From: a virus
Taxonomy: Duplodnaviria; Caudoviricetes
Direction: 5' to 3' (one strand)
Virus record (IMG/VR): IMGVR_UViG_3300032954_000018
Span: 1-54,164 of that record
Length of the DNA stretch: 54,164 bases
In this document: piece after piece, positions 7,823-17,069 of the stretch
How positions within the stretch are numbered: the stretch's first letter is position 1
How the letters are laid out: the number at the start of each line of letters is the position of its first letter
Notes under the pieces: model-generated
What the model saw: the letters and a program-made list of their open reading frames with translations, nothing else
Databases searched by the model: none
Told to the model about the DNA's origin: nothing
Translations under genes and position numbers: made by a program

Positions 7823-8299
7823 TTATTCTCCTGTCTTGATGAGATGGCGAATCCGTGCTGCTGCGCCCTTAGGGGTACCCTTGAACTTACTTGGAGAGGA
7901 ATGCTCCCAGCGTCCTGTTTCGAAGTCGTAATACCCTCTAGAATAACCCGGCCATCTATCACGAAAAAAGAGTTTACTAGCCTCTCCAGAAGATAGGCCA
8001 AGACTCTCTCTTGCAAAGTTAGCGGCAGACGATCTAATGCTGCGGTTCTTCTTATATACATTGCCAGAATCATCAAGGCAGTACCCCCGCCTTAGCACTT
8101 CCCATCCGGCAAGACAACAAGCAGTTCCACAAGCATTGCCTTTCGGCTCAAGCACATCTGCTTTACAGACTACGGGGTCAAGGTCTGTTCTGTTTTTTAT
8201 CTTTATATTCGCCCAAGATTCCATGTTTATAACTTTGCGAGGAAGCTTTTCAATGAACTTAGCAAAAGCTTCCAACTTTCTGGCAGTAGATTTCTCCAT
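7823..8299 (-). CDS. CGTACCLAGW-family hypothetical protein, paralog 2
   Basis: INMESW...CGTACCLAGW...LGL...EA..LF; AGGAG SD. Confidence 0.85.
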   Translation of the reverse strand: MEKSTARKLEAFAKFIEKLPRKVINMESWANIKIKNRTDLDPVVCKADVLEPKGNACGTACCLAGWEVLRRGYCLDDSGNVYKKNRSIRSSAANFARESLGLSSGEASKLFFRDRWPGYSRGYYDFETGRWEHSSPSKFKGTPKGAAARIRHLIKTGE

Positions 8300-8315
8300 G
8301 TTATCTCCTTGATAC

Positions 8316-8344
8316 ATAATAACTTAGCCCCGGAGATTTGTCAA
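8316..8344 (-). promoter_or_regulatory. sigma70-type promoter
   Basis: TTGACA-17-TATTAT; -35 lies in the loop of an inverted repeat. Confidence 0.7.
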
Positions 8345-8508
8345 CCTCCGAGGCATAAGGTTAGTCGATTTCGTTAACGCGGGAGAGAAGGGACTCGATT
8401 GCCGGGACAGTTATGACCTCCGCAAAGAACTTGCAGATTTCAACCCTCCAAACAATAAAAATTATCAGACTTACTCCCCCGCACATGAAGGTATACTCCA
8501 TACGCCGC

Positions 8509-8706
8509 TTACTGACGTGACGGACTACCCGGATTCTGAGGGTTTGTTTTTTCCTGTGCAACCGAGTTCACCCCCTCTTCCTTGGATATGGCAATGCTGA
8601 GAGTTTCGTTATTGGTTGATCTAAGAAACTCCTCGACTTGTTGGGGAGTATCTAAGACGGTTGATTCCGTCCTCCGGGAAGTGGAATACGATACTTTGTA
8701 TCTCAT
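8509..8706 (-). CDS. Hypothetical protein
   Basis: GGAG SD, operon packing. Confidence 0.55.
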   Translation of the reverse strand: MRYKVSYSTSRRTESTVLDTPQQVEEFLRSTNNETLSIAISKEEGVNSVAQEKTNPQNPGSPSRQ

Positions 8707-8815
8707 CGCTTCTCCAGTAGATGGATTCCAATGAGGATGACCACTGGAATAAGGCTCAACATAACCTGATTAATCCAGCGGTCTACGATGTTCTTTTCCT
8801 TCATTGTTTCTCCCT

Positions 8816-9052
8816 TCAGAAAATTGGACTTGGGCTGATCTCGTTGTAAGCGATCTGAGTAAAACCCTCGTTAAACAAACGGTCCCACTCATCGGTTAAC
8901 TGCTCGTTGTAATCAGATACCCGCTTGCTCTGATCGTCTATGCAAGTGTTGATAAAGAAATCGGCGGTCACAAGCTTTTGGGTTTTATCGAGATAGGTAA
9001 AAGACCCTACCTTGACCTGACAGTCGTTTTTTTCTTCGACAAACTCCAGCAT
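8816..9052 (-). CDS. Hypothetical protein
   Basis: TAATG coupling with upstream gene. Confidence 0.6.
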   Translation of the reverse strand: MLEFVEEKNDCQVKVGSFTYLDKTQKLVTADFFINTCIDDQSKRVSDYNEQLTDEWDRLFNEGFTQIAYNEISPSPIF

Positions 9053-9192
9053 TAACCCTCCAGATGGCGCAGATACGGAATGGCAGCTATTACGGCAACA
9101 GCTATTCCGTACATGGGGTTAAGCTCGTTATCGATAATGAGATAAGCACCGAATCCCATTACCAATGCTGAGAAAACGATTCTGCGGTTCAT
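9052..9192 (-). CDS. Small two-helix membrane protein
   Basis: MNRRIVFSALVMGFGAYLII...GIAVAVIAAIPYL; GGAGG SD. Confidence 0.6.
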   Translation of the reverse strand: MNRRIVFSALVMGFGAYLIIDNELNPMYGIAVAVIAAIPYLRHLEG

Positions 9193-9575
9193 TGCTCCTC
9201 CGGTAGATATCCGCCCGGTACGGGCTGGTTTAAAGGATGATGAGTGGGAGCAGCCAACTGAACGTTGATATCCTCCCGCATCTGATCCGTTCTCCAGTCG
9301 TAGAACCAATCCTCACCCGGCTCATACCGCTGGATAATAGGATGTTTGGTTTCGTGGAAATGTTGACGGGAGTGCCGATTTGGGGAGTTATCGCAGCATC
9401 CCACGTGACCACACTCCGCACAGCGGTTAAGGTGCATCCACCATCCCTTGATTTCCAAGCACTCTTTACAGCCTGCGCCGGATGGTTTAGCTTTGGGGTT
9501 AATCCCCTCTATCAGCTTAGCTTCACGTTCCGAATGAGCTAACTTCGGAGTAGAGGCTCTATGGGTTTTAGTCAT
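9189..9575 (-). CDS. UBP-type zinc finger (zf-UBP) protein
   Basis: CKECL...W.HL.RC..CGHVGCCD.SP.RH...HF..T.HPII...EPGEDW motif. Confidence 0.88.
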   Translation of the reverse strand: MTKTHRASTPKLAHSEREAKLIEGINPKAKPSGAGCKECLEIKGWWMHLNRCAECGHVGCCDNSPNRHSRQHFHETKHPIIQRYEPGEDWFYDWRTDQMREDINVQLAAPTHHPLNQPVPGGYLPEEQ

Positions 9576-9786
9576 TTTCCCTCTCAAGATGGAGAAGCGT
9601 TGTGGTTGTGGTAATTTCCTCACAGTGGAGTTCAGTTACCCGGATAAAATCACTGTCTACCAGAGATCGGGCTGCTTCGTATGTGGCCGGTTTTACATTG
9701 GTCTCATAGTGCTTGATGTAATCATCACTCACCATACCCCGAATTTGCCCTTTCACATAGATTCGGTAGATTGTGTGTACCATCAA
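9568..9786 (-). CDS. Hypothetical protein
   Basis: First ORF after promoter 9820-9848. Confidence 0.6.
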   Translation of the reverse strand: MMVHTIYRIYVKGQIRGMVSDDYIKHYETNVKPATYEAARSLVDSDFIRVTELHCEEITTTTTLLHLEREND

Positions 9787-9819
9787 ACCCCCTAACGCCC
9801 CGATTTCCTTCGTTTTACG

Positions 9820-9908
9820 ACAATAGCGCCGAATTCGAGTCGTGTCAACAAAAATCGTAACTCCAATTTTTTCAACGACATAAAACGTTTACAAAAATTT
9901 TTTCCACA
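9820..9908 (-). promoter_or_regulatory. sigma70 promoter with upstream DnaA-box-like site
   Basis: TTGACA-17-TATTGT (9848-9820); TTTTCCACA at 9900-9908; module resembles 23033-23133. Confidence 0.65.
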
Positions 9909-9920
9909 GGACGTTTGAAT

Positions 9921-9965
9921 AAAAAAATACCCCCACCGGCCCGCTCAGTTTAGCCAGTGGGGGTA
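9921..9965 (-). terminator. Intrinsic terminator
   Basis: TACCCCCAC/GTGGGGGTA stem followed by T-run on minus strand. Confidence 0.75.
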
Positions 9966-9985
9966 GGGGAAAAAATTACACAAAA

Positions 9986-10477
9986 CTAGACTACATCCCT
10001 GCTCATCAGATTGGAGCGGATATCAGTCGTAACGTGACGGAAACGCTTGGAGAGATTGCCGTTGTTAACTCCGCTCAGGAGAGGAGCATTGCCACGGTTT
10101 CTTCCCAACCTCGCGGTAGAAGTCGGAGCCTTTAAAGCGTAAGACCCCGCAGCAAACTTGCCTCCACGATCAAAGGCTACGATCTCCTTTGATACAGAAG
10201 GGGGCATGATATACCGGGTTGCCTTAGTACCCTTGACGAGGTAGGCAACGCTACGTGCAACGATGGCACCGTCAAGACTCATTCCTCGTTTGCAGGCTAC
10301 AGCCAGCGCACAGTCTTTGTGATTACGAACTGCCGCTGAGGAGTTGTCTTTGCCGGTAACATCGATGTGGATATCATCATCTCCGTCAACCACCTTGGTT
10401 ACACCGGGATATAACCGTTGTACCATGGCAAGGGCTTTCTGCATTCTCTCTTTCTTCACTTTCTTCACTTTTGGCAT
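9986..10477 (-). CDS. Phage hypothetical protein
   Basis: AAGGA SD; CALAVACKR...RY..P...FD pattern. Confidence 0.8.
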   Translation of the reverse strand: MPKVKKVKKERMQKALAMVQRLYPGVTKVVDGDDDIHIDVTGKDNSSAAVRNHKDCALAVACKRGMSLDGAIVARSVAYLVKGTKATRYIMPPSVSKEIVAFDRGGKFAAGSYALKAPTSTARLGRNRGNAPLLSGVNNGNLSKRFRHVTTDIRSNLMSRDVV

Positions 10478-10501
10478 AGCTTTCCTTTCTGGTTATGGGG
10501 C

Positions 10502-10693
10502 CTAAGCCCGGTTTTCCTCGTCCCACTTATCCCGAACATGATTGGGAAGATCATAGTAGTTCGGGATTTTGCTATAGTTCAAGTGAAACCCATGGGTTCG
10601 CAACCATGTTTCCTTGTACCTGTGGCTAGATGTTACCCATGTAACTCTGGGGTCCAAGTCATGGTTGTCATCGTAGATTGTTTGGAACATCAA
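10502..10693 (-). CDS. Hypothetical protein
   Basis: AGGAGG SD. Confidence 0.6.
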   Translation of the reverse strand: MMFQTIYDDNHDLDPRVTWVTSSHRYKETWLRTHGFHLNYSKIPNYYDLPNHVRDKWDEENRA

Positions 10694-10698
10694 ACCTC

Positions 10699-11442
10699 CT
10701 AGTTGAACTTTGAAATGTCTTCCTTCTTGAGGTCTTGCTTGATGTGGTTTTCGATGTAAGCATCGATCTCTTGCTTAGTCTTAAGGTCCTTAGGGACCGC
10801 GACACCCCTAAAGTTGCTCACAACAAATCTGTCACCAAACAATTTCTTAGCCGAGGCATTAAAAGCATTGGTTGCGCCGGATTGGTCCTGTAAAAAGCAC
10901 TTCTGGCAAACCTCTTCGCCATTAGGACCCATAGCCTTGAGATTGCTGAGATTTCCGCACTTCTCGCATATCCCTTTGCCTCTGTCAAGATCGTGCATTA
11001 CTGCACCCACCACAGAGCTAATTTCCTGCTCGTGGCTATCTCCATCTCCGCTAATAATTTGGGCAAGCATCTTGGGATTGATTTTTTCCGCTACCAACGC
11101 CCCGGTAATGGTAACCCCGAGCATGATGAGTTCCACCATATCCTTAACTGCATCGGGTTTTATCTGGGCAGAGAATTCGCTGAGAACTTTTCTTCTCTCG
11201 TTTTCTTCAAGCTTTTCCCAGTCCTCGAATTTGTCCTTGAAAAATCCCAGCTTGTGGACGTTGTTGGACATTTCATGAGTAGCCAGCAACGCCATGGTGA
11301 TAAAAACATTTCTCAAATCGGGGTCCGATAAGAGGGTTGTGGTGATCTTCTCCCTGATGGTTGACAATCCAATCCCGCCAAGTTCTGTGTGGTCTGCCGC
11401 GAGAGAGGACAGCGCATGTCCTACTATCTGTCTGAATTCCAT
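10699..11442 (-). CDS. Hypothetical protein with CxxC-CxxC zinc ribbon
   Basis: CEKCG...GPNGEEVCQKC. Confidence 0.8.
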   Translation of the reverse strand: MEFRQIVGHALSSLAADHTELGGIGLSTIREKITTTLLSDPDLRNVFITMALLATHEMSNNVHKLGFFKDKFEDWEKLEENERRKVLSEFSAQIKPDAVKDMVELIMLGVTITGALVAEKINPKMLAQIISGDGDSHEQEISSVVGAVMHDLDRGKGICEKCGNLSNLKAMGPNGEEVCQKCFLQDQSGATNAFNASAKKLFGDRFVVSNFRGVAVPKDLKTKQEIDAYIENHIKQDLKKEDISKFN

Positions 11443-11623
11443 GTTTCCCCCTAAAGGTTGTTGCTACATTCGCAACTGGAAAGCTGCAAACGTTTGCAGG
11501 GATTGAATGGTATAGTGGATTAGGAGATGAAATAATCTCATGTCCACTCCTCAAAACAACACGCAGATAACAAATATGATCGCACTTAGAATGACCACAA
11601 ATGTTCCTGCGCCTACTACTTCC

Positions 11624-11824
11624 TCAAGGCTGTTCGCTGCTACCTTTGTCTTTGTCAATTTCCTCCTCCATTCTCGTCTTTAATTCCTGACAAGCAGGGC
11701 ATTCCGGATCAAACTCGCCGTTATGACACGCCTTCATGTGGCTATAGAGAGCATCCCCCTCCTTGAAAGCCTTTTCCCTGTTCCCGAGATTGAGTATGAA
11801 TCTGCTTTTCATCGCCAGTACCAA
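11624..11824 (-). CDS. Small Cys/His protein
   Basis: HMKACH...CPACQ. Confidence 0.55.
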   Translation of the reverse strand: MVLAMKSRFILNLGNREKAFKEGDALYSHMKACHNGEFDPECPACQELKTRMEEEIDKDKGSSEQP

Positions 11825-11942
11825 TTTGTAACTTGCGCATCAACAACACGAATTCTTGGTGAGTGAGAACTTGTTTGTCTCGCTTCCAGTTCTTGATGCG
11901 GTTCCAAACCTGTCTAAACACGAATCGCCTCCGGTTCGAACG

Positions 11943-11971
11943 ATTACAACACGGAAAAAATTTTTTGTCAA
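11943..11971 (-). promoter_or_regulatory. sigma70-type promoter
   Basis: TTGACA-17-TGTAAT; A/T tract spacer like 4854-4882. Confidence 0.65.
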
Positions 11972-11994
11972 ATCGGCGTTTAACTCGTTTCGAA

Positions 11995-12192
11995 TCAATC
12001 TTTTGCGATGTTTTCGAAAATCAATGTTACGAAAATCATCAGCAAAGATATGACAAATCCAGATAGAAGTGTTTTCCAGATCATAGCCTCCCAAGGGTAT
12101 ATACCGAAATCCCAAATTAAAGTAAATAACATAAACAAAAACATAAAAATCATTGAGACCGCGAAAAACAACAAAGTCCTAAACCAGAACAT
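11995..12192 (-). CDS. Small two-TM membrane protein
   Basis: Two long hydrophobic stretches; GGAGG SD. Confidence 0.6.
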   Translation of the reverse strand: MFWFRTLLFFAVSMIFMFLFMLFTLIWDFGIYPWEAMIWKTLLSGFVISLLMIFVTLIFENIAKD

Positions 12193-12361
12193 TATGCAGC
12201 CTCCAATTCCTTGCGATGCTCTTGTAGCTTGGCAAGCAAGTCTAGGTATTTGTTCTTATCCTCATCAGACCCACCGGATATAGTGGGTCTGGTAGGATCG
12301 TTAACCAAAGCAATTGTGAGAGCATATAGCTCGTCCAAATTAAGAAGTACTTGTGTCTGCT

Positions 12362-12799
12362 TCATTTCTGTCTCCATGACTTCTCCTGTGTGCCCTGTGC
12401 GACCCGTGCAGCGATGATTCGATTTACGATTTGCAGATAAGAATGCGATGCGCTTACATTGCGGTTCCACTCCTCATCGCTCACCGGAGCCTTCAGCCGC
12501 TCTATTAGCTCATTGAGTCTAGTGTTCTCAGTGTCTAATGACAGACAGTCAAGAGCAGAATGGGTTAGCTTGGCTTGAGTTTCTTTCTCCTTCTGCCTGA
12601 GCGCATCGAGTTCTGCCTGTAGCTTCCCAATCACTTCATTCGCATGATTGAACGCCAGTGTGTCATCGGCTGCTTCCTGCTGAAGCCGCTCATTGTCTGC
12701 CTGTAGAGCAGCGATGCGTTCACGGCATTTAACATGCAAATCCAGCGTCGTCACTTTTGGTGCAGGCCATTCAATGTCATCTTCCGGTATCTGGCTCAT
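12362..12799 (-). CDS. Coiled-coil hypothetical protein
   Basis: GGAGG SD; heptad pattern. Confidence 0.7.
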   Translation of the reverse strand: MSQIPEDDIEWPAPKVTTLDLHVKCRERIAALQADNERLQQEAADDTLAFNHANEVIGKLQAELDALRQKEKETQAKLTHSALDCLSLDTENTRLNELIERLKAPVSDEEWNRNVSASHSYLQIVNRIIAARVAQGTQEKSWRQK

Positions 12800-12872
12800 C
12801 TCTCCCCTCCCCTATCTGGGCCTGTTTCATTTCTGCCTCAAAGCCTCTCTCGCCCATCCCTGCTTGCTGGTT

Positions 12873-13142
12873 TCAGAGATTATATACCAAGAGTGAATCA
12901 TCTCTAGATTCCTTGACTTGTACCAATTTTCTCGGTACTCTCTGCCCTTTTCGAGGTCTTCCTCTGTTAATACTTTCATCGGTAAATCCTTTCTCGAAAA
13001 ATCCGCCCAAGGCTAAGATTCTCCAGTTTTGTTTGATACGTTCCGGTATTAATTCCCAAGGACATACAGCCACTTGCTTTGCGTGTTTTCTGGCAAACCA
13101 ATCCCTTCTTAGTTTGTCAGCTTCTATGTCTAATTCATTCAT
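12873..13142 (-). CDS. Hypothetical protein
   Basis: GGAGG SD. Confidence 0.6.
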   Translation of the reverse strand: MNELDIEADKLRRDWFARKHAKQVAVCPWELIPERIKQNWRILALGGFFEKGFTDESINRGRPRKGQRVPRKLVQVKESRDDSLLVYNL

Positions 13143-13425
13143 TCACTTCCCTCCCCTCTTACGTCTGCGCCACTGCCAAGTACAGAAAAAGGCCGTTGCT
13201 AGGCCAATAAGCCAGCCTATCCAGAAGTTCAGATTTGGATCATTACCGTCGATTATCACGACAATCCTTGTTGCTGCTTGTACCTCTTGAGCATGTTATG
13301 GAAGTTTTTCGCAGCATCTTCCAGTTTGTGGAAGTTATCAACCTCTTCCCTCACATCACTCTTCTGCCAGTTGTTAGTGAGGTAAGCAAGTTCCATAACT
13401 TGGTTGATAATATCACGATCATTGA

Positions 13426-13656
13426 TTAGCCTTCGGTTTTGACCCATAAATCCCCCTGCTTTTCATATCTCTGGCCCAAACCAGTACCTAGGCCATAACC
13501 ATACGACTCAAAGCAAGCAGGACACATACATCCCCACTTACCGTTTATCTGGTTTCTACCATCGATAAACACATCGATGATAGGTTCCCCTCGGATATCA
13601 CACTTCTCCGGAGGGGGACTCATCCACACGTTGGGTTGTTTCAGTGCTCTGTCCAT
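13426..13656 (-). CDS. Small Cys-containing phage protein
   Basis: CD...FIDG...G.W.CMCPAC...G.GLGTG.GQRY pattern; start uncertain. Confidence 0.7.
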   Translation of the reverse strand: MDRALKQPNVWMSPPPEKCDIRGEPIIDVFIDGRNQINGKWGCMCPACFESYGYGLGTGLGQRYEKQGDLWVKTEG

Positions 13657-14104
13657 CGATGAATAATCCTTTCGGTCTGCTGCGGATAACTTCCGCGATC
13701 TGTTTGAATGTGTAGTTCTTCGCATCATTTAGCTCCGTCAATGATCTCCAATGAACCATTCCGGTTACGTCTGGCGGGGTTTGAAATCCACCATTAGCAG
13801 TACTCAATCCAACCCATTCCCGTAGGGTGCCATTCAACACGCCCGTAGAGTTCCAACTCTTACTGTCTGTGTAGTTGTAACCCTCACCTACGTAAACCGG
13901 GACAGCAGGAACAGGAATAACCCCCGCTGATACAGCAAGTTCCGCTACCACTCCTAGGCAGCAGAACGTATCTTTGGTTTCGCCTCTTTCGCGCAGACGA
14001 CTCTTGCCCTGCTCGAATTCTCCGGATTCCAAAGCCGCAATCCATGCGGCTTGGACTTGTTCCGGGGTAGACGTTGGTGTTAATCCTTCAGCAAAATTGG
14101 TCAT
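13598..14104 (-). CDS. CCLGV-family hypothetical protein, paralog 4
   Basis: WIAALESGEFEQG...FCCLGV...LND...FKQIAE. Confidence 0.85.
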   Translation of the reverse strand: MTNFAEGLTPTSTPEQVQAAWIAALESGEFEQGKSRLRERGETKDTFCCLGVVAELAVSAGVIPVPAVPVYVGEGYNYTDSKSWNSTGVLNGTLREWVGLSTANGGFQTPPDVTGMVHWRSLTELNDAKNYTFKQIAEVIRSRPKGLFIDGQSTETTQRVDESPSGEV

Positions 14105-14565
14105 TTTGTCCTCAGAAGTTTGGCCGTTTTAGCCTTAGCTTTTCTTACACCAGAAGTTGAGGCCGCTACCTGCTTAGCCCGCTGTTCCGGGGTACGGCTA
14201 GCCCACCATTTGCGCCGAGCATCGGAGATACGCTTCCGAGCTTCGGCACTCATGGTAAAAGACTTGCCCTTATCCTCTACCCCGGAAATCTTTTCTCTAC
14301 GTTTGTAGGGACCCCGTGTCTTACGGTCTGGTGAACGTTTACCCACTTCCACCGCCCTCCCCACGACTTCACGTAGTCTGGTGGAGTCTTCCCGCACACC
14401 GGACACTCTATCCTCACTCCCGAACCCCTCCGGTGATAGTAGTTCTGCCACCCTCTGGGCAACGAGTTGAGGAGCGAGATTGTTCGCGTTGGCGAAGGTT
14501 TCGATTTTTGCTTCGACGTATCCGGCGAGTCTGTGGATGAACTCACTGTTTATTACCCCCTTCAT
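14101..14565 (-). CDS. Basic putative DNA-binding protein
   Basis: C-terminal MSAEARKRISDARRKWWA; GAGG SD before ATG 14565. Confidence 0.7.
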   Translation of the reverse strand: MKGVINSEFIHRLAGYVEAKIETFANANNLAPQLVAQRVAELLSPEGFGSEDRVSGVREDSTRLREVVGRAVEVGKRSPDRKTRGPYKRREKISGVEDKGKSFTMSAEARKRISDARRKWWASRTPEQRAKQVAASTSGVRKAKAKTAKLLRTK

Positions 14566-14770
14566 ATTTTTCCTCTTCATATCCATCGAACCAAGGTCCA
14601 TGGACGGCTGTATGGTTGCGGTTAAAACCAAGCTTGCAAGTATCAGAGCTTGATTCAGGATCACGACACCATTTATGGGCATTAGCCAAATTCTCATCCC
14701 TGAATAGAACCATATTCATGGACCTGTTCTGGTAATACCTCACCACGCGATATTTGGTTTCAGGAATCAA
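14543..14770 (-). CDS. Small phage hypothetical protein
   Basis: Y.VVR.Y...A..WC.DPE.SS.TC...GPWFDGY pattern. Confidence 0.7.
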   Translation of the reverse strand: MIPETKYRVVRYYQNRSMNMVLFRDENLANAHKWCRDPESSSDTCKLGFNRNHTAVHGPWFDGYEEEKYEGGNKQ

Positions 14771-14964
14771 TAGAGAGGTTCCTCCTCAGTGCGAGTTAAC
14801 GTACCATCAGAATTTGCTCTGGTTCTGAGCATGTTGGCGTAGAATTTTATTCTTTACCCTAACCAGATCACCCGGTTTGAGCGAAGTCTTTGGGTCTAAG
14901 ATATCCCAACCTACCGGATTGTATTTATAAACTCTGCCCGGTATAACTCGCCAAGCCTTACTTT

Positions 14965-15177
14965 TCACAGTGGTCCACCTATTACAACATTCTCCCAAAC
15001 TGAGCCATCCGATGATACTACCCAGCCCTTTTGGTTAGAATCCCAATATACGATTGGTTCCGTACCTCCTGCTACCTGAAGCTGCAAGAAGTCGAATCTT
15101 ACCCAAGCGAAAGTTCCTACTTGGAACTTAGGAGCAGTAGGGTCAGAAATGTTCTGCATTGTTACAGTTACGCTCAA
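14965..15177 (-). CDS. Hypothetical protein
   Basis: AGGAGG SD, TTG start. Confidence 0.6.
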   Translation of the reverse strand: MSVTVTMQNISDPTAPKFQVGTFAWVRFDFLQLQVAGGTEPIVYWDSNQKGWVVSSDGSVWENVVIGGPL

Positions 15178-15431
15178 TTTACCTCCTTCACGATACTAAC
15201 AATCGGACTAGTTCTAATCATACGAAACTTAGCACAGGGGTTCAACGGAGGGGCAGTAAGGATCATTGGCTCACCTACGACCATTGGTTCAAGATAATCG
15301 TAAGTACCATCCTCCGTGCGCAGAGGAGCAGTAGGATGTTGATCTCCGTGGTTTTTCACCCTATTCCACGTCTTGTTAACAGGATCAATAACGTAAACAC
15401 TGTTTACAGTGGTTATAGTTATCATCGCCAT
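15174..15431 (-). CDS. Hypothetical protein
   Basis: GAGG SD; T.NS.Y...IRTSPIVSI pattern. Confidence 0.65.
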   Translation of the reverse strand: MAMITITTVNSVYVIDPVNKTWNRVKNHGDQHPTAPLRTEDGTYDYLEPMVVGEPMILTAPPLNPCAKFRMIRTSPIVSIVKEVN

Positions 15432-15685
15432 TCATACCTCATGACTTGAGAGAAATCAGGAGTTAGGGACACTTCAAAACCATTCGGAGTCTCACGAATC
15501 TGCTTAGCCGATGGGAAGCGAAGCCAGCTACCACCTGAAAACTGTACGGCGTTAGTCTGGACTCTTGTTACTATTCTGATTCCAGACACTTTAGGCAAAG
15601 GCTTTTTATCTGGTGACCAATCGTGGTAGACCATTTCTACAGCCTGCCCAATGCTGAGTTTACGTTTGATGTTGGCAAGGCTCAT
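15422..15685 (-). CDS. Hypothetical protein
   Basis: GAGG SD; ATGA overlap. Confidence 0.65.
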   Translation of the reverse strand: MSLANIKRKLSIGQAVEMVYHDWSPDKKPLPKVSGIRIVTRVQTNAVQFSGGSWLRFPSAKQIRETPNGFEVSLTPDFSQVMRYEWR

Positions 15686-15921
15686 AGATTACCTCTCATC
15701 ATCACATACTCTATAGCGTAAGCAAGGTACATAGGATCGTTCTTTTGTCCTAGCTTACGGTTAATCTCTTTGATGTTTGGTTGGATTATTTCATGGCAGA
15801 TTGTTCTAGCGTAGGAGTTCAGAGATTTTTTCTCCTTGTTGTACTGCTTCCATAGCAATACACACCGCTTAATCTGCGCTTCGGTTAGGAAATCCGGTAA
15901 TGTGATCTGCTTCAATGCCAT
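15682..15921 (-). CDS. Hypothetical protein
   Basis: GGAG SD before ATG 15921, downstream of promoter. Confidence 0.65.
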   Translation of the reverse strand: MALKQITLPDFLTEAQIKRCVLLWKQYNKEKKSLNSYARTICHEIIQPNIKEINRKLGQKNDPMYLAYAIEYVMMRGNL

Positions 15922-15957
15922 TCTTATCTCCCCGGCTGCTGTCGAACCGTTGCATCT

Positions 15958-15986
15958 ATCACAGCACAAAAAAACGCCGCTGTCAA
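15958..15986 (-). promoter_or_regulatory. sigma70-type promoter
   Basis: TTGACA-17-TGTGAT with TG extension. Confidence 0.6.
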
Positions 15987-16050
15987 GTCGGCGTCGAAGT
16001 CGTTTGTTTTCAACAACATGCCCGATTGTTGTTCGAACAACTGTTTTCGA

Positions 16051-16093
16051 CAAAAAACCCCCAAACCAGTCGGTTAACTGTTGGGGGTCTTTG
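16051..16093 (-). terminator. Intrinsic terminator
   Basis: ACCCCCAA/TTGGGGGT stem with T-run on minus strand. Confidence 0.7.
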
Positions 16094-16122
16094 TTGCCCC
16101 TAGGATTGCTGTCCTAGACAGG

Positions 16123-16845
16123 TTAAGCTGCGACTTTGGTTTCAGTGTCCTTGCGAGGAGCACCACGATGAACCACGAAACTCTCAGGTATAGCAACCGG
16201 AGCCACCTTAAGCTCTGCCGCAATCCCCAGCTTAGTGAGAAACATACCCACCACGTTGAGAGTCCATGACTGCATGAATCTTGCATCCTTACCGGAAGCC
16301 TTTAACCGATCCATACGGATACCGGCAAAGTTAACTACTTCCTTTGCCAATATTTCAGGATTAGTTTCAAGGGCAGCTTGCGGTCTGCGAATCGGCATCT
16401 CCTCCAACTTCGTCAGATACTCAGAAATTTTCTGAGGATTGGTCGTATTGGGTGGAGGATTTTGCGCAATTACTTCCTTACGGATTGGAGTACCACGCTC
16501 AATCGCTGCTTCAAATACAGGACCGGGCAAGATGCTTTCCGCAACTTCCGCAAGGTCCATGTATCGATAGGCAGTAGCCCTCGACCACTTGAAGAAGTAC
16601 TTAATCGAAGAAACAAAAATTCTCTTCGGTTCAAGTATATCCTTCATGTTACGCAGATGCAGCCCAATAGCTTCCTTGGACTTGGCTTCGCTTTTGCGGG
16701 CTTCGAGTACTGCTTTGACCTCATGCTGCACGACTTGCTGTTCTGCATCGCTAAGTTTCGTCGCATTCAGTTTAGCCCAGCCCGCAAAGCTTTCAGTTAG
16801 GGGAGTCGCTTCAACTTGCGCTTTCGTTCGGGTTCTGGTCTTCAT
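16123..16845 (-). CDS. DUF3102-like domain protein
   Basis: IG..L...K...F......F..SRATAYRYM.L pattern; AAGGA SD. Confidence 0.6.
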   Translation of the reverse strand: MKTRTRTKAQVEATPLTESFAGWAKLNATKLSDAEQQVVQHEVKAVLEARKSEAKSKEAIGLHLRNMKDILEPKRIFVSSIKYFFKWSRATAYRYMDLAEVAESILPGPVFEAAIERGTPIRKEVIAQNPPPNTTNPQKISEYLTKLEEMPIRRPQAALETNPEILAKEVVNFAGIRMDRLKASGKDARFMQSWTLNVVGMFLTKLGIAAELKVAPVAIPESFVVHRGAPRKDTETKVAA

Positions 16846-17031
16846 ATTGTCCTTTCCGCATCCATACTTCGGGATGCAAGTCCATCATGACACACCTGTA
16901 CCAAGGTTGTCAACCCCCTTCGAACGGCGTCCATAACATCATATATATGAAGGGTTTAGATGCCCGGAAAAATTTTTTTCGTTCGAAAGCAGCCTCAAAG
17001 AATCGAAACGGCATCGGACCATGCTACCCCC

Positions 17032-17060
17032 TTGACAACCAATGTGATCTGTGTCACAAT
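17032..17060 (+). promoter_or_regulatory. sigma70-type promoter, divergent from a leftward promoter at 16884-16913
   Basis: TTGACA-17-CACAAT with TG extension. Confidence 0.6.
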
Positions 17061-17069
17061 GCTCCAATC

